This document shows, in pieces, positions 18,765 to 27,537 of a stretch of DNA of 34,124 bases. How positions within the stretch are numbered: position 1 is the stretch's first letter; every line of letters begins with the position of its first letter. Position numbers and translations under genes: made by a program. The notes beneath the pieces are model-generated. The model saw nothing but the letters and a program-made list of their open reading frames with translations. It searched no databases and had not been told where the DNA came from. Source of the stretch: a virus (taxonomy: Duplodnaviria > Caudoviricetes); the IMG/VR virus record IMGVR_UViG_3300030376_000574, positions 1-34,124 of that record; one strand, given 5' to 3'.

Positions 18765-20025
18765 AAAAAATACATTTGAGTTTGGAGTATTTGATTTAGC
18801 TGTTCCGCCAAATATTACTGAACCAAAGAATTTAAATAACATATCTACTAAGTGGATTCCATTTGGTAATGATAATTTATTTCCTCAATATTTAGCAGAA
18901 TTAAAAAGAAAATCTTCTACACATAGAAGCGTATTAGCACAAAAAACTGTATTTACAAGTGGTGCTAAATTTGTATGTGATAACGAACCATTAAAAGAGT
19001 TTATAGAAGATGTAAACGCTAACCAAGAATCATTAAGAGACGTATTTAAAAAATTAGCAGACGATTATTATACGTTTGGTAATGCTTATATGGAGTGCGT
19101 AAGATATGATGGCGGTATAAATATATATCATTTAGACGCTACAACAGTTAGAATGTCTAAATCAAAAAAAGAAGTTTATGTAAATCCTGATTGGTGTAAG
19201 TATTGGAACAATGAGGATAAGATGTACAGGTTACCTATATATCCAAGAGTAGCACATAATAAATTTGTAATACATTTTAAAGATTATGAGCCTACATTTA
19301 ATTTTTATGGATTGCCTGATTATGTAGCTGCATTAGAGCATATTGCAGTAGATTACGAAATAGGTAAATGGAATCATACTAAATTCCAAAATGGCTTTCA
19401 ACCTTCTGCTATTGTAGAAATATCAGGTGATATGGGTGAAGAAGAAGCTCAAAAAATGGTTAAGGAAGCACAAAGAAAATTTGTTGGTGAAGGAAACAAT
19501 GGTAAAATATTATTTATTGTTAAGAATGGTGATACAACACCTGCTAACGTACAAGTAATAAAAGACGACCAAGATGGTAGTTGGCTAGATTTACAACAAA
19601 TTACAGACCAAAATATAATTACCGCTAATAGATGGCAGCCATCTTTATCAGGTATAGTAAGTTCAGGAAAAATGAACAATACAGGAAGTGAAATTAGAAT
19701 AGCATACGACTTAGTTATGACTACTGTAATTAGAGATACTTCTGAGTTATTGTTAAATGGTATTAGAACGGTTCTTTATAATGAAATGGGCTATGAGCCT
19801 AGAGATTTAAAAATTCATTATGAGCCGCCAATTTCTTATGCTAATGACGTAGACATTAGAGAGGTATTAACTATCAATGAACAAAGAATGTTGATAGATG
19901 AAGATTTACCAATGTTAGAAGATGGCGATATGTTTGTTGCAGATAGAGAAATCATTGTAACAGAAAAAGATGGAGATGGAGATGGTGAAGTAGATGAATC
20001 AAAAGAAATAACAGTAGAACAATAA
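18703..20025 (+). CDS. Portal protein
   Basis: WIPFGNDNLFPQYL...SSTH...FGNAY...FYGLPDY...NGFQPS; 440 aa. Confidence 0.88.
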   Translation: MRKAVSKRQTKKTSQLRKTTKKNTFEFGVFDLAVPPNITEPKNLNNISTKWIPFGNDNLFPQYLAELKRKSSTHRSVLAQKTVFTSGAKFVCDNEPLKEFIEDVNANQESLRDVFKKLADDYYTFGNAYMECVRYDGGINIYHLDATTVRMSKSKKEVYVNPDWCKYWNNEDKMYRLPIYPRVAHNKFVIHFKDYEPTFNFYGLPDYVAALEHIAVDYEIGKWNHTKFQNGFQPSAIVEISGDMGEEEAQKMVKEAQRKFVGEGNNGKILFIVKNGDTTPANVQVIKDDQDGSWLDLQQITDQNIITANRWQPSLSGIVSSGKMNNTGSEIRIAYDLVMTTVIRDTSELLLNGIRTVLYNEMGYEPRDLKIHYEPPISYANDVDIREVLTINEQRMLIDEDLPMLEDGDMFVADREIIVTEKDGDGDGEVDESKEITVEQ

Positions 20026-20026
20026 A

Positions 20027-20638
20027 ATGGCAAACACAAAACAATATACAACATTAGTTACAGCAGGAGAAGTTATAAGTAAAACATTTACTAATAAAAA
20101 TACTGACCCTGTTTTAGTATCTGAAAACACTATTGTTTTAGCAGAGCTTGCTCATATAAGGTCGCTATTAGGCGATAAGTTCTATGCAGAATTAAAACTA
20201 CAACACAACAACGGTACTTTAACTGTTAATAATCAAACATTTATGGATTATTATTTAGAAGATACTTTATGTTGGTTTGTAAGATTTGAAGTAGTAAATG
20301 ACATAATGAGTAATATAACTTCTAGTGGTATTGTTCATAATGTAGATGAGTTTTCTAATGTAATTACACCAAGTGATTATAATGCGTTTAAACAAGATAC
20401 ATATAGAAAAGCAGAAATTTTTGCTAATGATATGATTGATTATTTAAATGGCACAGACCAAGCAGGTATGTTTCCAACTTATGAAGCTAACAAGCCTAAC
20501 AAAGGACTTAAAACATATAAAAACCACGGTATGATATTTTATGATAGTATATATAAATACAATGGCATAGAAGGTTGTTTTACTTGTGGTTCTGATTATA
20601 ATAATGGCAGGTGTAATTGTGATTGTGTAGATTGTTAA
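20027..20638 (+). CDS. Putative head-tail adaptor
   Basis: Follows the portal; HIRSLLGDKFY...MIDYL...FPTY helical pattern; Cys-rich tail. Confidence 0.6.
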   Translation: MANTKQYTTLVTAGEVISKTFTNKNTDPVLVSENTIVLAELAHIRSLLGDKFYAELKLQHNNGTLTVNNQTFMDYYLEDTLCWFVRFEVVNDIMSNITSSGIVHNVDEFSNVITPSDYNAFKQDTYRKAEIFANDMIDYLNGTDQAGMFPTYEANKPNKGLKTYKNHGMIFYDSIYKYNGIEGCFTCGSDYNNGRCNCDCVDC

Positions 20639-20648
20639 AAATAAATAA

Positions 20649-21284
20649 ATGGCGGCTAACGAACATAAAAATTTAACTGATGTAAACAGGCATAACCCTA
20701 AGGGTTTTGAGTCTGCAAACAATGATACGTTACTTAGCAAAACTGTTGGAACAGGTACAGCTAATACAGATGGTAGTTTACAATGGGTAGAAAAAAATCA
20801 AATAAAAACTGAGAGCTTTGACATTCAAGGATATGTAACAGCAGCTAATGCAAATTATTATTTTGGAGCTAATATGACTGACGGTCAATCTCCAAATGAA
20901 TATAATCAAGGATATGGAGCTTCTACTATTGGTAATGCTACTTTAGATGTAGGTGATTTTTTTAAAGTAAAATCAATAATAATTAATAATGCTTGTACTT
21001 TAAAAAGAATTTATTTATTAGCAAATGCTACAACAGGTGCTTCAGTAACAGTTGCTTTGTGTAAAGTAACTTTTGTTTCAGGAATAGAAGACCCTGTAAC
21101 ACCTGTACTTTTAAATGAATTAACCATAGAAGGTTTATCAAGTAATGATAAAGTAGTAGTAACAAGAAATTTAACACCTGAAAGCTCTTTAGCTGCAGGT
21201 GATGTGTTGTTTGCTATGGTAAAATGTAGTTTAGCAGCAACAGCATTTTTTAAAGTAGGAATAGAAGTCGGATATGACAATTAA
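20649..21284 (+). CDS. Hypothetical virion protein
   Basis: H..L....HNPKGF N-terminus; beta-rich C-terminus. Confidence 0.55.
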   Translation: MAANEHKNLTDVNRHNPKGFESANNDTLLSKTVGTGTANTDGSLQWVEKNQIKTESFDIQGYVTAANANYYFGANMTDGQSPNEYNQGYGASTIGNATLDVGDFFKVKSIIINNACTLKRIYLLANATTGASVTVALCKVTFVSGIEDPVTPVLLNELTIEGLSSNDKVVVTRNLTPESSLAAGDVLFAMVKCSLAATAFFKVGIEVGYDN

Positions 21285-21297
21285 TAAAAAATATAAA

Positions 21298-21453
21298 ATG
21301 AGAGATACAATAGAAGATACGATACAAGTGGGAGTGGCTAATGCAGGAGCGATAAGTATATCTTTAGCAGAAATTAATGAGGTGCTTACTACAGTATCTT
21401 TAGTTATAGCAATATCATTCTCTATTTACAAATTTATAAAAACAAAAAAATAA
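21298..21453 (+). CDS. Small membrane protein, holin-like (not in ORF track)
   Basis: MRDTIEDTIQVGVANAGAISISLAEINEVLTTVSLVIAISFSIYKFIKTKK*: hydrophobic helix and basic tail; in-frame upstream ATG at 21274. Confidence 0.65.
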   Translation: MRDTIEDTIQVGVANAGAISISLAEINEVLTTVSLVIAISFSIYKFIKTKK

Positions 21454-21454
21454 T

Positions 21455-21901
21455 ATGGCAAGTACAGTAACAGCATCAGATTTAACAGTAACAATAACAG
21501 AATCATATACATTAAATAATGTTGCTTATGGTAACACAACAAATAAAGTATTTAGTTCTAAGGGGCAAGTTGACCAAAGAATTATGAGTGTAATGCATGC
21601 TGACCCAATAACTTTATTTATGTTTGGCGAGGCTGACGGCGCAGGAACAGGAGTTGCAGCAGATTATGTTTATTTTAGAATTACAAATTTAGATGATACA
21701 AATTTTGTAACTTTGAGATTGTATAATGGAGCAGATAGTTTTTGGTTAAAAATAGCGGCAGGAGAAAGTTTATTATTAATGAATAATGAAATGGACGCTG
21801 TAACAGGAAGTACGTTTGGTGCATTAGCAGACATAACACATATATACGCACAAGCAAATACTGCAGCCTGTGATGTAGAATTTATGGTTGTAACAGCATA
21901 A
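21455..21901 (+). CDS. Hypothetical structural protein
   Basis: YFRITNLDDTNFVTL motif; beta-rich. Confidence 0.6.
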   Translation: MASTVTASDLTVTITESYTLNNVAYGNTTNKVFSSKGQVDQRIMSVMHADPITLFMFGEADGAGTGVAADYVYFRITNLDDTNFVTLRLYNGADSFWLKIAAGESLLLMNNEMDAVTGSTFGALADITHIYAQANTAACDVEFMVVTA

Positions 21902-21902
21902 T

Positions 21903-22031
21903 ATGCCTAAAAAAAGAAAACTAAACTCTAAGAATCCAAAGTATATGGATAAAGTAGAAGAAGTTAAAGCAACTAAAAAGCTTATAGCTGAGGTAAAAGG
22001 AGTACGAATTTACGCAGTATTTAATGAATAG
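21903..22031 (+). CDS. Small basic protein (not in ORF track)
   Basis: MPKKRKLNSKNPKY...RIYAVFNE*, 42 aa, fills the gap. Confidence 0.5.
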   Translation: MPKKRKLNSKNPKYMDKVEEVKATKKLIAEVKGVRIYAVFNE

Positions 22032-22437
22032 TTGTAATCTTTTTCTTATAAGAGATACATTTAGCGACAAATCTATAATAGGTAAGCTTTACCTTAATGG
22101 AGAGTTTATATCACATACATTAGAACTTCCTTGGAAAAACAATGAAAAAGGTATATCTTGCGTGCCTAAAGGCGTGTATAATTGTAGGGTTAGATATGCT
22201 GAAGAAAGTGCTAGCAGAGATTATACACACTTAATTGTAGAAGATGTACCTGATAGAACATACATATTGTTTCATCGTGGTAATTCTGCAAAAGATAGTA
22301 GAGGTTGTATATTAACAGGTATGATGAGAGGTGATGATGTTATTTACCAAAGTACAAATGCTCATAACCTTTTAATGAAAACAATCTTAGATAATAAGAT
22401 GGAAAATAAAATTGAATTAGTAATTAAAAATAGATAA
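22024..22437 (+). CDS. DUF5675-like protein, probable endolysin
   Basis: TLELPW...SCVPKGVY...ILFHRGN...DSRGCIL; flanked by holin-like genes. Confidence 0.75.
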   Translation: MNSCNLFLIRDTFSDKSIIGKLYLNGEFISHTLELPWKNNEKGISCVPKGVYNCRVRYAEESASRDYTHLIVEDVPDRTYILFHRGNSAKDSRGCILTGMMRGDDVIYQSTNAHNLLMKTILDNKMENKIELVIKNR

Positions 22438-22438
22438 A

Positions 22439-22639
22439 ATGAATAAATTTTTTGAAAAGTTTTTGATAGGTACAATGTTTAAAAGTAAGAAATTTTGGTA
22501 TACAATAATTGGTTGTCTTACAACGCTTTTAAGTGAGCAGTTTGGCTTAAACGAAGCAGAAGTAAACAATATACTTATGAGTATTGCAGCTTTAGTTTTA
22601 GGACAAGGTATTGCTGATACCGCAAAAGCAAAGAAATAA
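22439..22639 (+). CDS. Putative holin
   Basis: FKSKKFW followed by two hydrophobic helices and GQGIAD. Confidence 0.7.
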   Translation: MNKFFEKFLIGTMFKSKKFWYTIIGCLTTLLSEQFGLNEAEVNNILMSIAALVLGQGIADTAKAKK

Positions 22640-22670
22640 TTTGCTTTTTAAATAAATATAGTTAACTTTG
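22640..22670 (+). promoter_or_regulatory. Bacteroidota sigma-A-type promoter
   Basis: TTTG (22640-43), 19 nt, TAACTTTG (22663-70). Confidence 0.75.
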
Positions 22671-22674
22671 TAAT

Positions 22675-22756
22675 CCTTCTCTGAGTGTTTTCATAGTGGG
22701 TTTTAGTTAGCAGTAATTAAGAGTGAGAGGTTAATAACTTCTCACTCTTTCTTTTT
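22675..22756 (+). ncRNA. Candidate antisense sRNA
   Basis: Lies between a consensus promoter and an intrinsic terminator; no ATG on the + strand; complementary to the leaders at 26445-26477 and 31284-31293. Confidence 0.5.
22719..22756 (+). terminator. Intrinsic terminator
   Basis: AAGAGTGAGAGGTT-aat-AACTTCTCACTCTT then TCTTTTT. Confidence 0.8.
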
Positions 22757-22803
22757 ATAAGTTATTTTTTCCTTTATATTTACTTTAACTAAAATTATAA
22801 ATT

Positions 22804-23895
22804 ATGCTTGAAAAATTAAAAGGTAAAAGATTAAGACTTTCTGCCGAAGAAGTTGAGCTTATTAATGAGTTCAGAGGCAATAATTTAGAAAACATTAATG
22901 GAAATACTGCGCTAGACCTACACTTAAAAGAAAGAGGAATTGATAAGAATGATGTCGTTAGTGTAAAGCATTGGCAAAGTATGAGTGGAGAATTAAGATT
23001 CTCTATCGTCACAAAGGAAGATTATGGTCTAAGTGAGAACCAAATCTTTAAAAAAATAAATAGCTTCATAGAAGAATATTCTCCTGCTTATACTCCTATA
23101 AAAAGAAAAAAAGGTAATCATCTTCTTGTCATAAATCCTGCTGACATACATATAGGTAAGTATGCTAGTGAGTTAGAAACAGGAGAGAAATATGACTGTG
23201 AAACTGCTGTGATGCGTGTTTTAGAAGGCATAGAAGGTCTTATAGAAAAAGCACAAGGATTTAATATTGACAGGGTAATGTTTTGTATAGGTAATGATGT
23301 CTTACATATTGATAATGTGTATAATACAACAACCAAAGGAACACATCAAGACACAGATGGTAAGTGGTGGGAACACTACGAAATAGCATTGATGCTCTAT
23401 GTTAAGTGTATAGAAACCCTTAGGCAAATAGCTCCTGTAGATGTTATACATAGTATGAGTAATCACGATTATCAATCAGGCTTTCATTTAGCACACACTT
23501 TAAAAAGTTGGTTTAGAAAAGCTGAAGATGTAGAGTTTGATATAAGCGTAGCTAACAGAAAGTATTATGCTTATGGTGATAACCTTATTGGTTTAGAACA
23601 CGGAGACGGAGCCAAGATGGATAAGCTACCTCTTTTAATGGCGCAAGAAAGACCTGAAATGTGGAGTAAAAGTAAATATAGATATTGGTATTTACATCAC
23701 TTACATCACAAAATAAAACACAAATGGTTAGACGCTAAAGATTATATTGGTGTAACTGTTGAGTATATGAGAAGCCCTTCGTCAGCAGATAGTTGGCACT
23801 CACGCAAAGGATTTTGCGGCGCATACAAAGCCTGCGAAGCTTTTGTTCACGATAAACAAAGTGGTCAGGTAGCAAGACTAACACATTATTTTTAA
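22804..23895 (+). CDS. Calcineurin-like metallophosphoesterase
   Basis: ADIHIG, GND, SNHD, EHGD and HHLHH motifs. Confidence 0.85.
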   Translation: MLEKLKGKRLRLSAEEVELINEFRGNNLENINGNTALDLHLKERGIDKNDVVSVKHWQSMSGELRFSIVTKEDYGLSENQIFKKINSFIEEYSPAYTPIKRKKGNHLLVINPADIHIGKYASELETGEKYDCETAVMRVLEGIEGLIEKAQGFNIDRVMFCIGNDVLHIDNVYNTTTKGTHQDTDGKWWEHYEIALMLYVKCIETLRQIAPVDVIHSMSNHDYQSGFHLAHTLKSWFRKAEDVEFDISVANRKYYAYGDNLIGLEHGDGAKMDKLPLLMAQERPEMWSKSKYRYWYLHHLHHKIKHKWLDAKDYIGVTVEYMRSPSSADSWHSRKGFCGAYKACEAFVHDKQSGQVARLTHYF

Positions 23896-23985
23896 CCCTT
23901 AAGTAACCCTTTACATAGGGTATTTAATACCCTTATATATAAAGATAAAGATAAATATAAAGATAAGGATAAAGATAAATACTAG
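23893..23985. repeat. Putative replication origin: ACCCT iterons plus AAAGAT hexamer tract
   Basis: TAACCCTT at 23893 and 23904; inverted pair AGGGTATT/AATACCCT 23917-23933; about 6.5 AAAGAT-like units 23941-23980. Confidence 0.55.
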
Positions 23986-24022
23986 AGTAAATCCCATTTT
24001 TTTAAAAAAAACTTACAAATTA

Positions 24023-24053
24023 TTTGGTATTTAAAAAAAAAGCTGTATCTTTG
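24023..24053 (+). promoter_or_regulatory. Bacteroidota sigma-A-type promoter
   Basis: TTTG, 19 nt, TATCTTTG. Confidence 0.8.
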
Positions 24054-24097
24054 CTAAAAATTAACTAACTAAGTATTAACGAAAACACACATTAGCT

Positions 24098-24415
24098 ATG
24101 ACAGAACGTAAAGCGTTTAACGAGTACACACTAACCAAAGAAAAAACAATAGAAAAAGCAATAGAGATTTGCGAAGAAACTTTGCACGTTATGAGTTTTT
24201 CTAAAGAAAAAAGGCAAATAATAATATCAATATTACTAGACAACGTAAATTACTGTGACGATTTAGTAGATTGGTATTATGGTAATGAAATTGATATAGA
24301 AGATAATGTTTATTCTCTTAAAATATTTGAGGATTCATTAGCACACGATTTATCAGGGCTATACAGAAAAGACGAGCATTTTGTTCCAAGAATTAATAAC
24401 ATAACACACCCTTAA
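24098..24415 (+). CDS. Hypothetical protein
   Basis: First ORF after the promoter. Confidence 0.65.
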   Translation: MTERKAFNEYTLTKEKTIEKAIEICEETLHVMSFSKEKRQIIISILLDNVNYCDDLVDWYYGNEIDIEDNVYSLKIFEDSLAHDLSGLYRKDEHFVPRINNITHP

Positions 24416-24417
24416 AT

Positions 24418-24627
24418 ATGGCATACCAAGTAAGTAGTTGTTGCGGCACAGATTACGAAGAACGTGAAGATTTTGATAGATTTTGTTTTTACGTTTGTTG
24501 TAGATGTAACGAAGAATTTGATGAACCTATTATGGATTATGATTACAGAAATCTTATGATAGATGATAGGAAAGAAGCGGAAGCAGATGAGTACAGAACT
24601 AAAATGGCTAACATACCATTTGGTTAA
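24418..24627 (+). CDS. Small Cys-rich protein
   Basis: SSCCG...CCRC. Confidence 0.6.
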   Translation: MAYQVSSCCGTDYEEREDFDRFCFYVCCRCNEEFDEPIMDYDYRNLMIDDRKEAEADEYRTKMANIPFG

Positions 24628-24654
24628 AATTAATTAAATAAAACTAAAACTAAT

Positions 24655-25074
24655 ATGAAGAAAATAAAAAACACGCAACCTGAAGTTAAAGAAACTAAAA
24701 AAGACGCATTAAGAAGATTATTCTTAGAAAACAATCTTGTTGAAGAAGATGTATACAAAGATAAAAGAGGCTTTGTTATTATTACAAGAACAGGTATAGA
24801 CAAGATAGTAAGCAAACAAAATATACAAGTAGCTTACGAGCCTGTTGTAATGGAAAAAGATTGGGTAGTTATGAGAGCTACTGCAAGTTTACAACAAGGT
24901 AAACTAACTAGAAATATGATGTCATTTGGCGAAGCATCTGATTCTAACCTAATGGGAGGTGGTAAAAAGTTTCCTGTTGCTATGGCAGAAAAGAGAGCTA
25001 TGTCAAGAGTTGTTCTTAAGATAGCAGGATTCTATGAGCAAGGTGTCTTTGGTCAGGACGAAATGGTTGATTAA
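24655..25074 (+). CDS. Possible single-strand annealing (Rad52/Sak-like) protein
   Basis: IITRTGIDKI...SFGEA...MAEKRAMSRVVLK; lies upstream of the SSB-like gene. Confidence 0.4.
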   Translation: MKKIKNTQPEVKETKKDALRRLFLENNLVEEDVYKDKRGFVIITRTGIDKIVSKQNIQVAYEPVVMEKDWVVMRATASLQQGKLTRNMMSFGEASDSNLMGGGKKFPVAMAEKRAMSRVVLKIAGFYEQGVFGQDEMVD

Positions 25075-25337
25075 TGAATGATGATTGGTTTGATGAGGTT
25101 GTTGATGGAAAACCTAAGCTAGCAGAATATTGGCAGATAGATTTCATTGACGACCTCTTACGAAGAACACCTTTGTCAATGTCACAACAACAAGAAATAT
25201 CAAGTAGAATTTACGATAAAGATTTTAGCGAGATAGAAGCAGAGGAACTAATCATATATCTAAAAGAAAATGAAATTAAAAGAGACCCCAAAGACCAATA
25301 CAAACAGTTCGTCAAGAACGGAATGTTTAGTAGTTAG
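25074..25337 (+). CDS. Hypothetical protein
   Basis: Translationally coupled ORF. Confidence 0.6.
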   Translation: MNDDWFDEVVDGKPKLAEYWQIDFIDDLLRRTPLSMSQQQEISSRIYDKDFSEIEAEELIIYLKENEIKRDPKDQYKQFVKNGMFSS

Positions 25338-25533
25338 CATAATCAGAAACCCTTCAAGAGCTTTTACATATTCAGTATGGTATGGAGAAAAGTATTTAGG
25401 AGAGCTAATAGAAGATGATATTATGAGATTGCTAGGTAATGATACTAAAAAGTTTTATAAAGACAATCAAACTAATTTTTTAGTACCAAAAAATAAAATT
25501 AAAACGATTATAAATAAAAAAAAATACTTGTAA
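25270..25533 (+). CDS. Hypothetical protein
   Basis: ORF overlapping the upstream gene; start uncertain. Confidence 0.5.
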   Translation: MKLKETPKTNTNSSSRTECLVVSIIRNPSRAFTYSVWYGEKYLGELIEDDIMRLLGNDTKKFYKDNQTNFLVPKNKIKTIINKKKYL

Positions 25534-25534
25534 G

Positions 25535-25840
25535 ATGAAAAACAATTATGAAAAAGTAAGGGCTTCACGCAACGAGCTAGAAGCTATACTAAGAATCAGA
25601 GGAATATCTAAACAAAAGTTTGGAAGAATATTAAACATTAAAGGCTCAACTATAGAAAAGTATGTAGAGAAGCCATATTACTTAAGATATTATCAAATGC
25701 AAAGGCTAGCTAATTATCTTAATATTGACGTCAAAGATGTTGTTGACATTGTAGAGGTTGACTTAGAATCTAATCCTATAATAGTAGAAGGAGAAGAAAA
25801 CTTTAAGGCAATAGGTTCTCTAATTTCTAAAAATGAATAA
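25535..25840 (+). CDS. XRE-type HTH regulator
   Basis: LRIRGISKQKFGRILNIKGSTIEKY...RLANYLNI. Confidence 0.7.
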   Translation: MKNNYEKVRASRNELEAILRIRGISKQKFGRILNIKGSTIEKYVEKPYYLRYYQMQRLANYLNIDVKDVVDIVEVDLESNPIIVEGEENFKAIGSLISKNE

Positions 25841-25845
25841 CATAG

Positions 25846-26058
25846 ATGACAGAGGAAGGAAAGAGTGTAATAAGGGAACTTATGGCTCAAAAAGAAGAAG
25901 ATAAAATAAATAAAAAAAACCTAATAAACTTAGAAAATTATTTTAAAAATAGCGGCTTAATAGAATATAAAAAGAGGTTAAAGAAACCTACAGATGAGAT
26001 TAAGATTAGAGAAAAAGTTATTATAAGAAATGATATGTCTAAATATAAATTCAAATAA
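25846..26058 (+). CDS. Hypothetical protein
   Basis: ORF within the operon. Confidence 0.55.
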   Translation: MTEEGKSVIRELMAQKEEDKINKKNLINLENYFKNSGLIEYKKRLKKPTDEIKIREKVIIRNDMSKYKFK

Positions 26059-26061
26059 ATT

Positions 26062-26313
26062 ATGTCAGAAAAAAATTATGTAGCAAGTAGTATCAAAAAA
26101 GTTACTACACAATATGGAGACTTGTTTAATGCAAGCTTTAAAGTAGAAGATTTGCAAAAGATTGCAAAGAGAGGTTGGGTAAATATTACAATAGCAGAAC
26201 GTAGAGAGGTTTCTGAGAAGGGAGCAACGCACTATGCTTATGAAAATACTTACGAGCCACCAAAACCTACTTCAATAGATAATTCAAATACAGAAGAAGA
26301 TTTACCATTTTAA
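26062..26313 (+). CDS. SSB-like protein
   Basis: Small beta-rich protein ending in acidic EEDLPF. Confidence 0.65.
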   Translation: MSEKNYVASSIKKVTTQYGDLFNASFKVEDLQKIAKRGWVNITIAERREVSEKGATHYAYENTYEPPKPTSIDNSNTEEDLPF

Positions 26314-26380
26314 TTAGGAGGGGGTTGGCACGACGCCGAACAATAACCGATTATTAAATGTTTTACCCCCTCTTAAATTA
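26311..26380 (+). other. Branched stem-loop element A
   Basis: AGGAGGGGGT/ACCCCCTCTT outer stem enclosing two small hairpins. Confidence 0.55.
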
Positions 26381-26402
26381 TCTAAAAATAACATATAAAT
26401 TA

Positions 26403-26434
26403 TTTGTTATTAACGTATATTTTTCTTATATTTG
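26403..26434 (+). promoter_or_regulatory. Bacteroidota sigma-A-type promoter
   Basis: TTTG, 20 nt, TATATTTG. Confidence 0.8.
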
Positions 26435-26474
26435 TATGACTAACTAATTACTAACTAATACCCACAAAAACACT

Positions 26475-27536
26475 ATGACAAAAAAACTATACAAGCGCAA
26501 GCAATTACTCATTGACACTCTATCAGTACAAACATCTAGCGGTCAAGAGGAGCAGATGATACGATACATTATTAACTTTTGTATTACCAATGTTCCTTCA
26601 GCTAAGATAGAAATAGACAGCAACAACATCTATGTAACCAAAGGTAGCTCAGATGTGTATCCTTGTATTGTTGCACATACCGATACCGTACACGACATTC
26701 ACAAATCATTCAAGGTTTATGACGACAACAACTGTTTGTTTGCTTTCAGCACAGACACAGGCACACAAGTAGGTGTAGGTGGTGACGACAAGGTAGGTGT
26801 ATGGCTTGCATTACAAATGTTACTTACACAAGATGTTATCAAGTGCGTCTTCTTTCATTCAGAAGAAATAGGTTGTGTAGGTAGCTCACAAGCTAATATG
26901 TCTTGGTTCAAAGACGTAGGCTATTGCCTGCAAGGTGACAGGCGAGGTAACACAGATTTTGTTAACTCTATTAGTGGCGAGCTATACAGTATGTGCTTTG
27001 CAGAAGATGTTGCACCTATTATTTCCAAGTACGGTTACAAAGAGTCATCAGGTGCTATCACAGATGTAGGTCAGCTTGCCGAGAACGGTATAGGTGTATC
27101 TGTAGCTAATATGTCTTGCGGTTACTATGCTCCACATTCAGACAAAGAGGTTGTGCATTTTCACGACGCTAACAACTGCCTTGATATGATTATGCACATT
27201 GTCAACGACTTAGGCTGTACTACGTATAAACACGTATACAAAAACGCTTGGCAAGATACTTATAATAACTATTGGTTTGATGATAGAGACAGAGAGTCAG
27301 AAGTTATATTAGATGAGTATGGTGATGAGGCTTGTTACTATTGTAATGGCAAACTAAAAGAAAGTGAGTATGGTGAAGAATTTAGGTTTTGCGCAGACTG
27401 TAACAGCGACGTGATTGTACATTGTCAAGAAGATTACTTTGATGACTATGAAGATGTATCAGATAACTATGATGGTTCTATGGCTCACAGACAAATAGTA
27501 AACCAACATTTATTAAGTCACTATAAAAATAAATAA
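26475..27536 (+). CDS. Zn-dependent exopeptidase-fold protein (M20/M28/M42-like) with C-terminal zinc ribbon
   Basis: AHTDTV, GGDDKVG, SEEIG, GDRRG, YYAPHS; CYYC...CADC in an acidic tail. Confidence 0.85.
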   Translation: MTKKLYKRKQLLIDTLSVQTSSGQEEQMIRYIINFCITNVPSAKIEIDSNNIYVTKGSSDVYPCIVAHTDTVHDIHKSFKVYDDNNCLFAFSTDTGTQVGVGGDDKVGVWLALQMLLTQDVIKCVFFHSEEIGCVGSSQANMSWFKDVGYCLQGDRRGNTDFVNSISGELYSMCFAEDVAPIISKYGYKESSGAITDVGQLAENGIGVSVANMSCGYYAPHSDKEVVHFHDANNCLDMIMHIVNDLGCTTYKHVYKNAWQDTYNNYWFDDRDRESEVILDEYGDEACYYCNGKLKESEYGEEFRFCADCNSDVIVHCQEDYFDDYEDVSDNYDGSMAHRQIVNQHLLSHYKNK

Positions 27537-27537
27537 T

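Noticed and set aside
26311-26380. tRNA or hammerhead ribozyme
   Set aside because: No TTCRA T-loop or cloverleaf; no CTGATGA/GAAA core on either strand.
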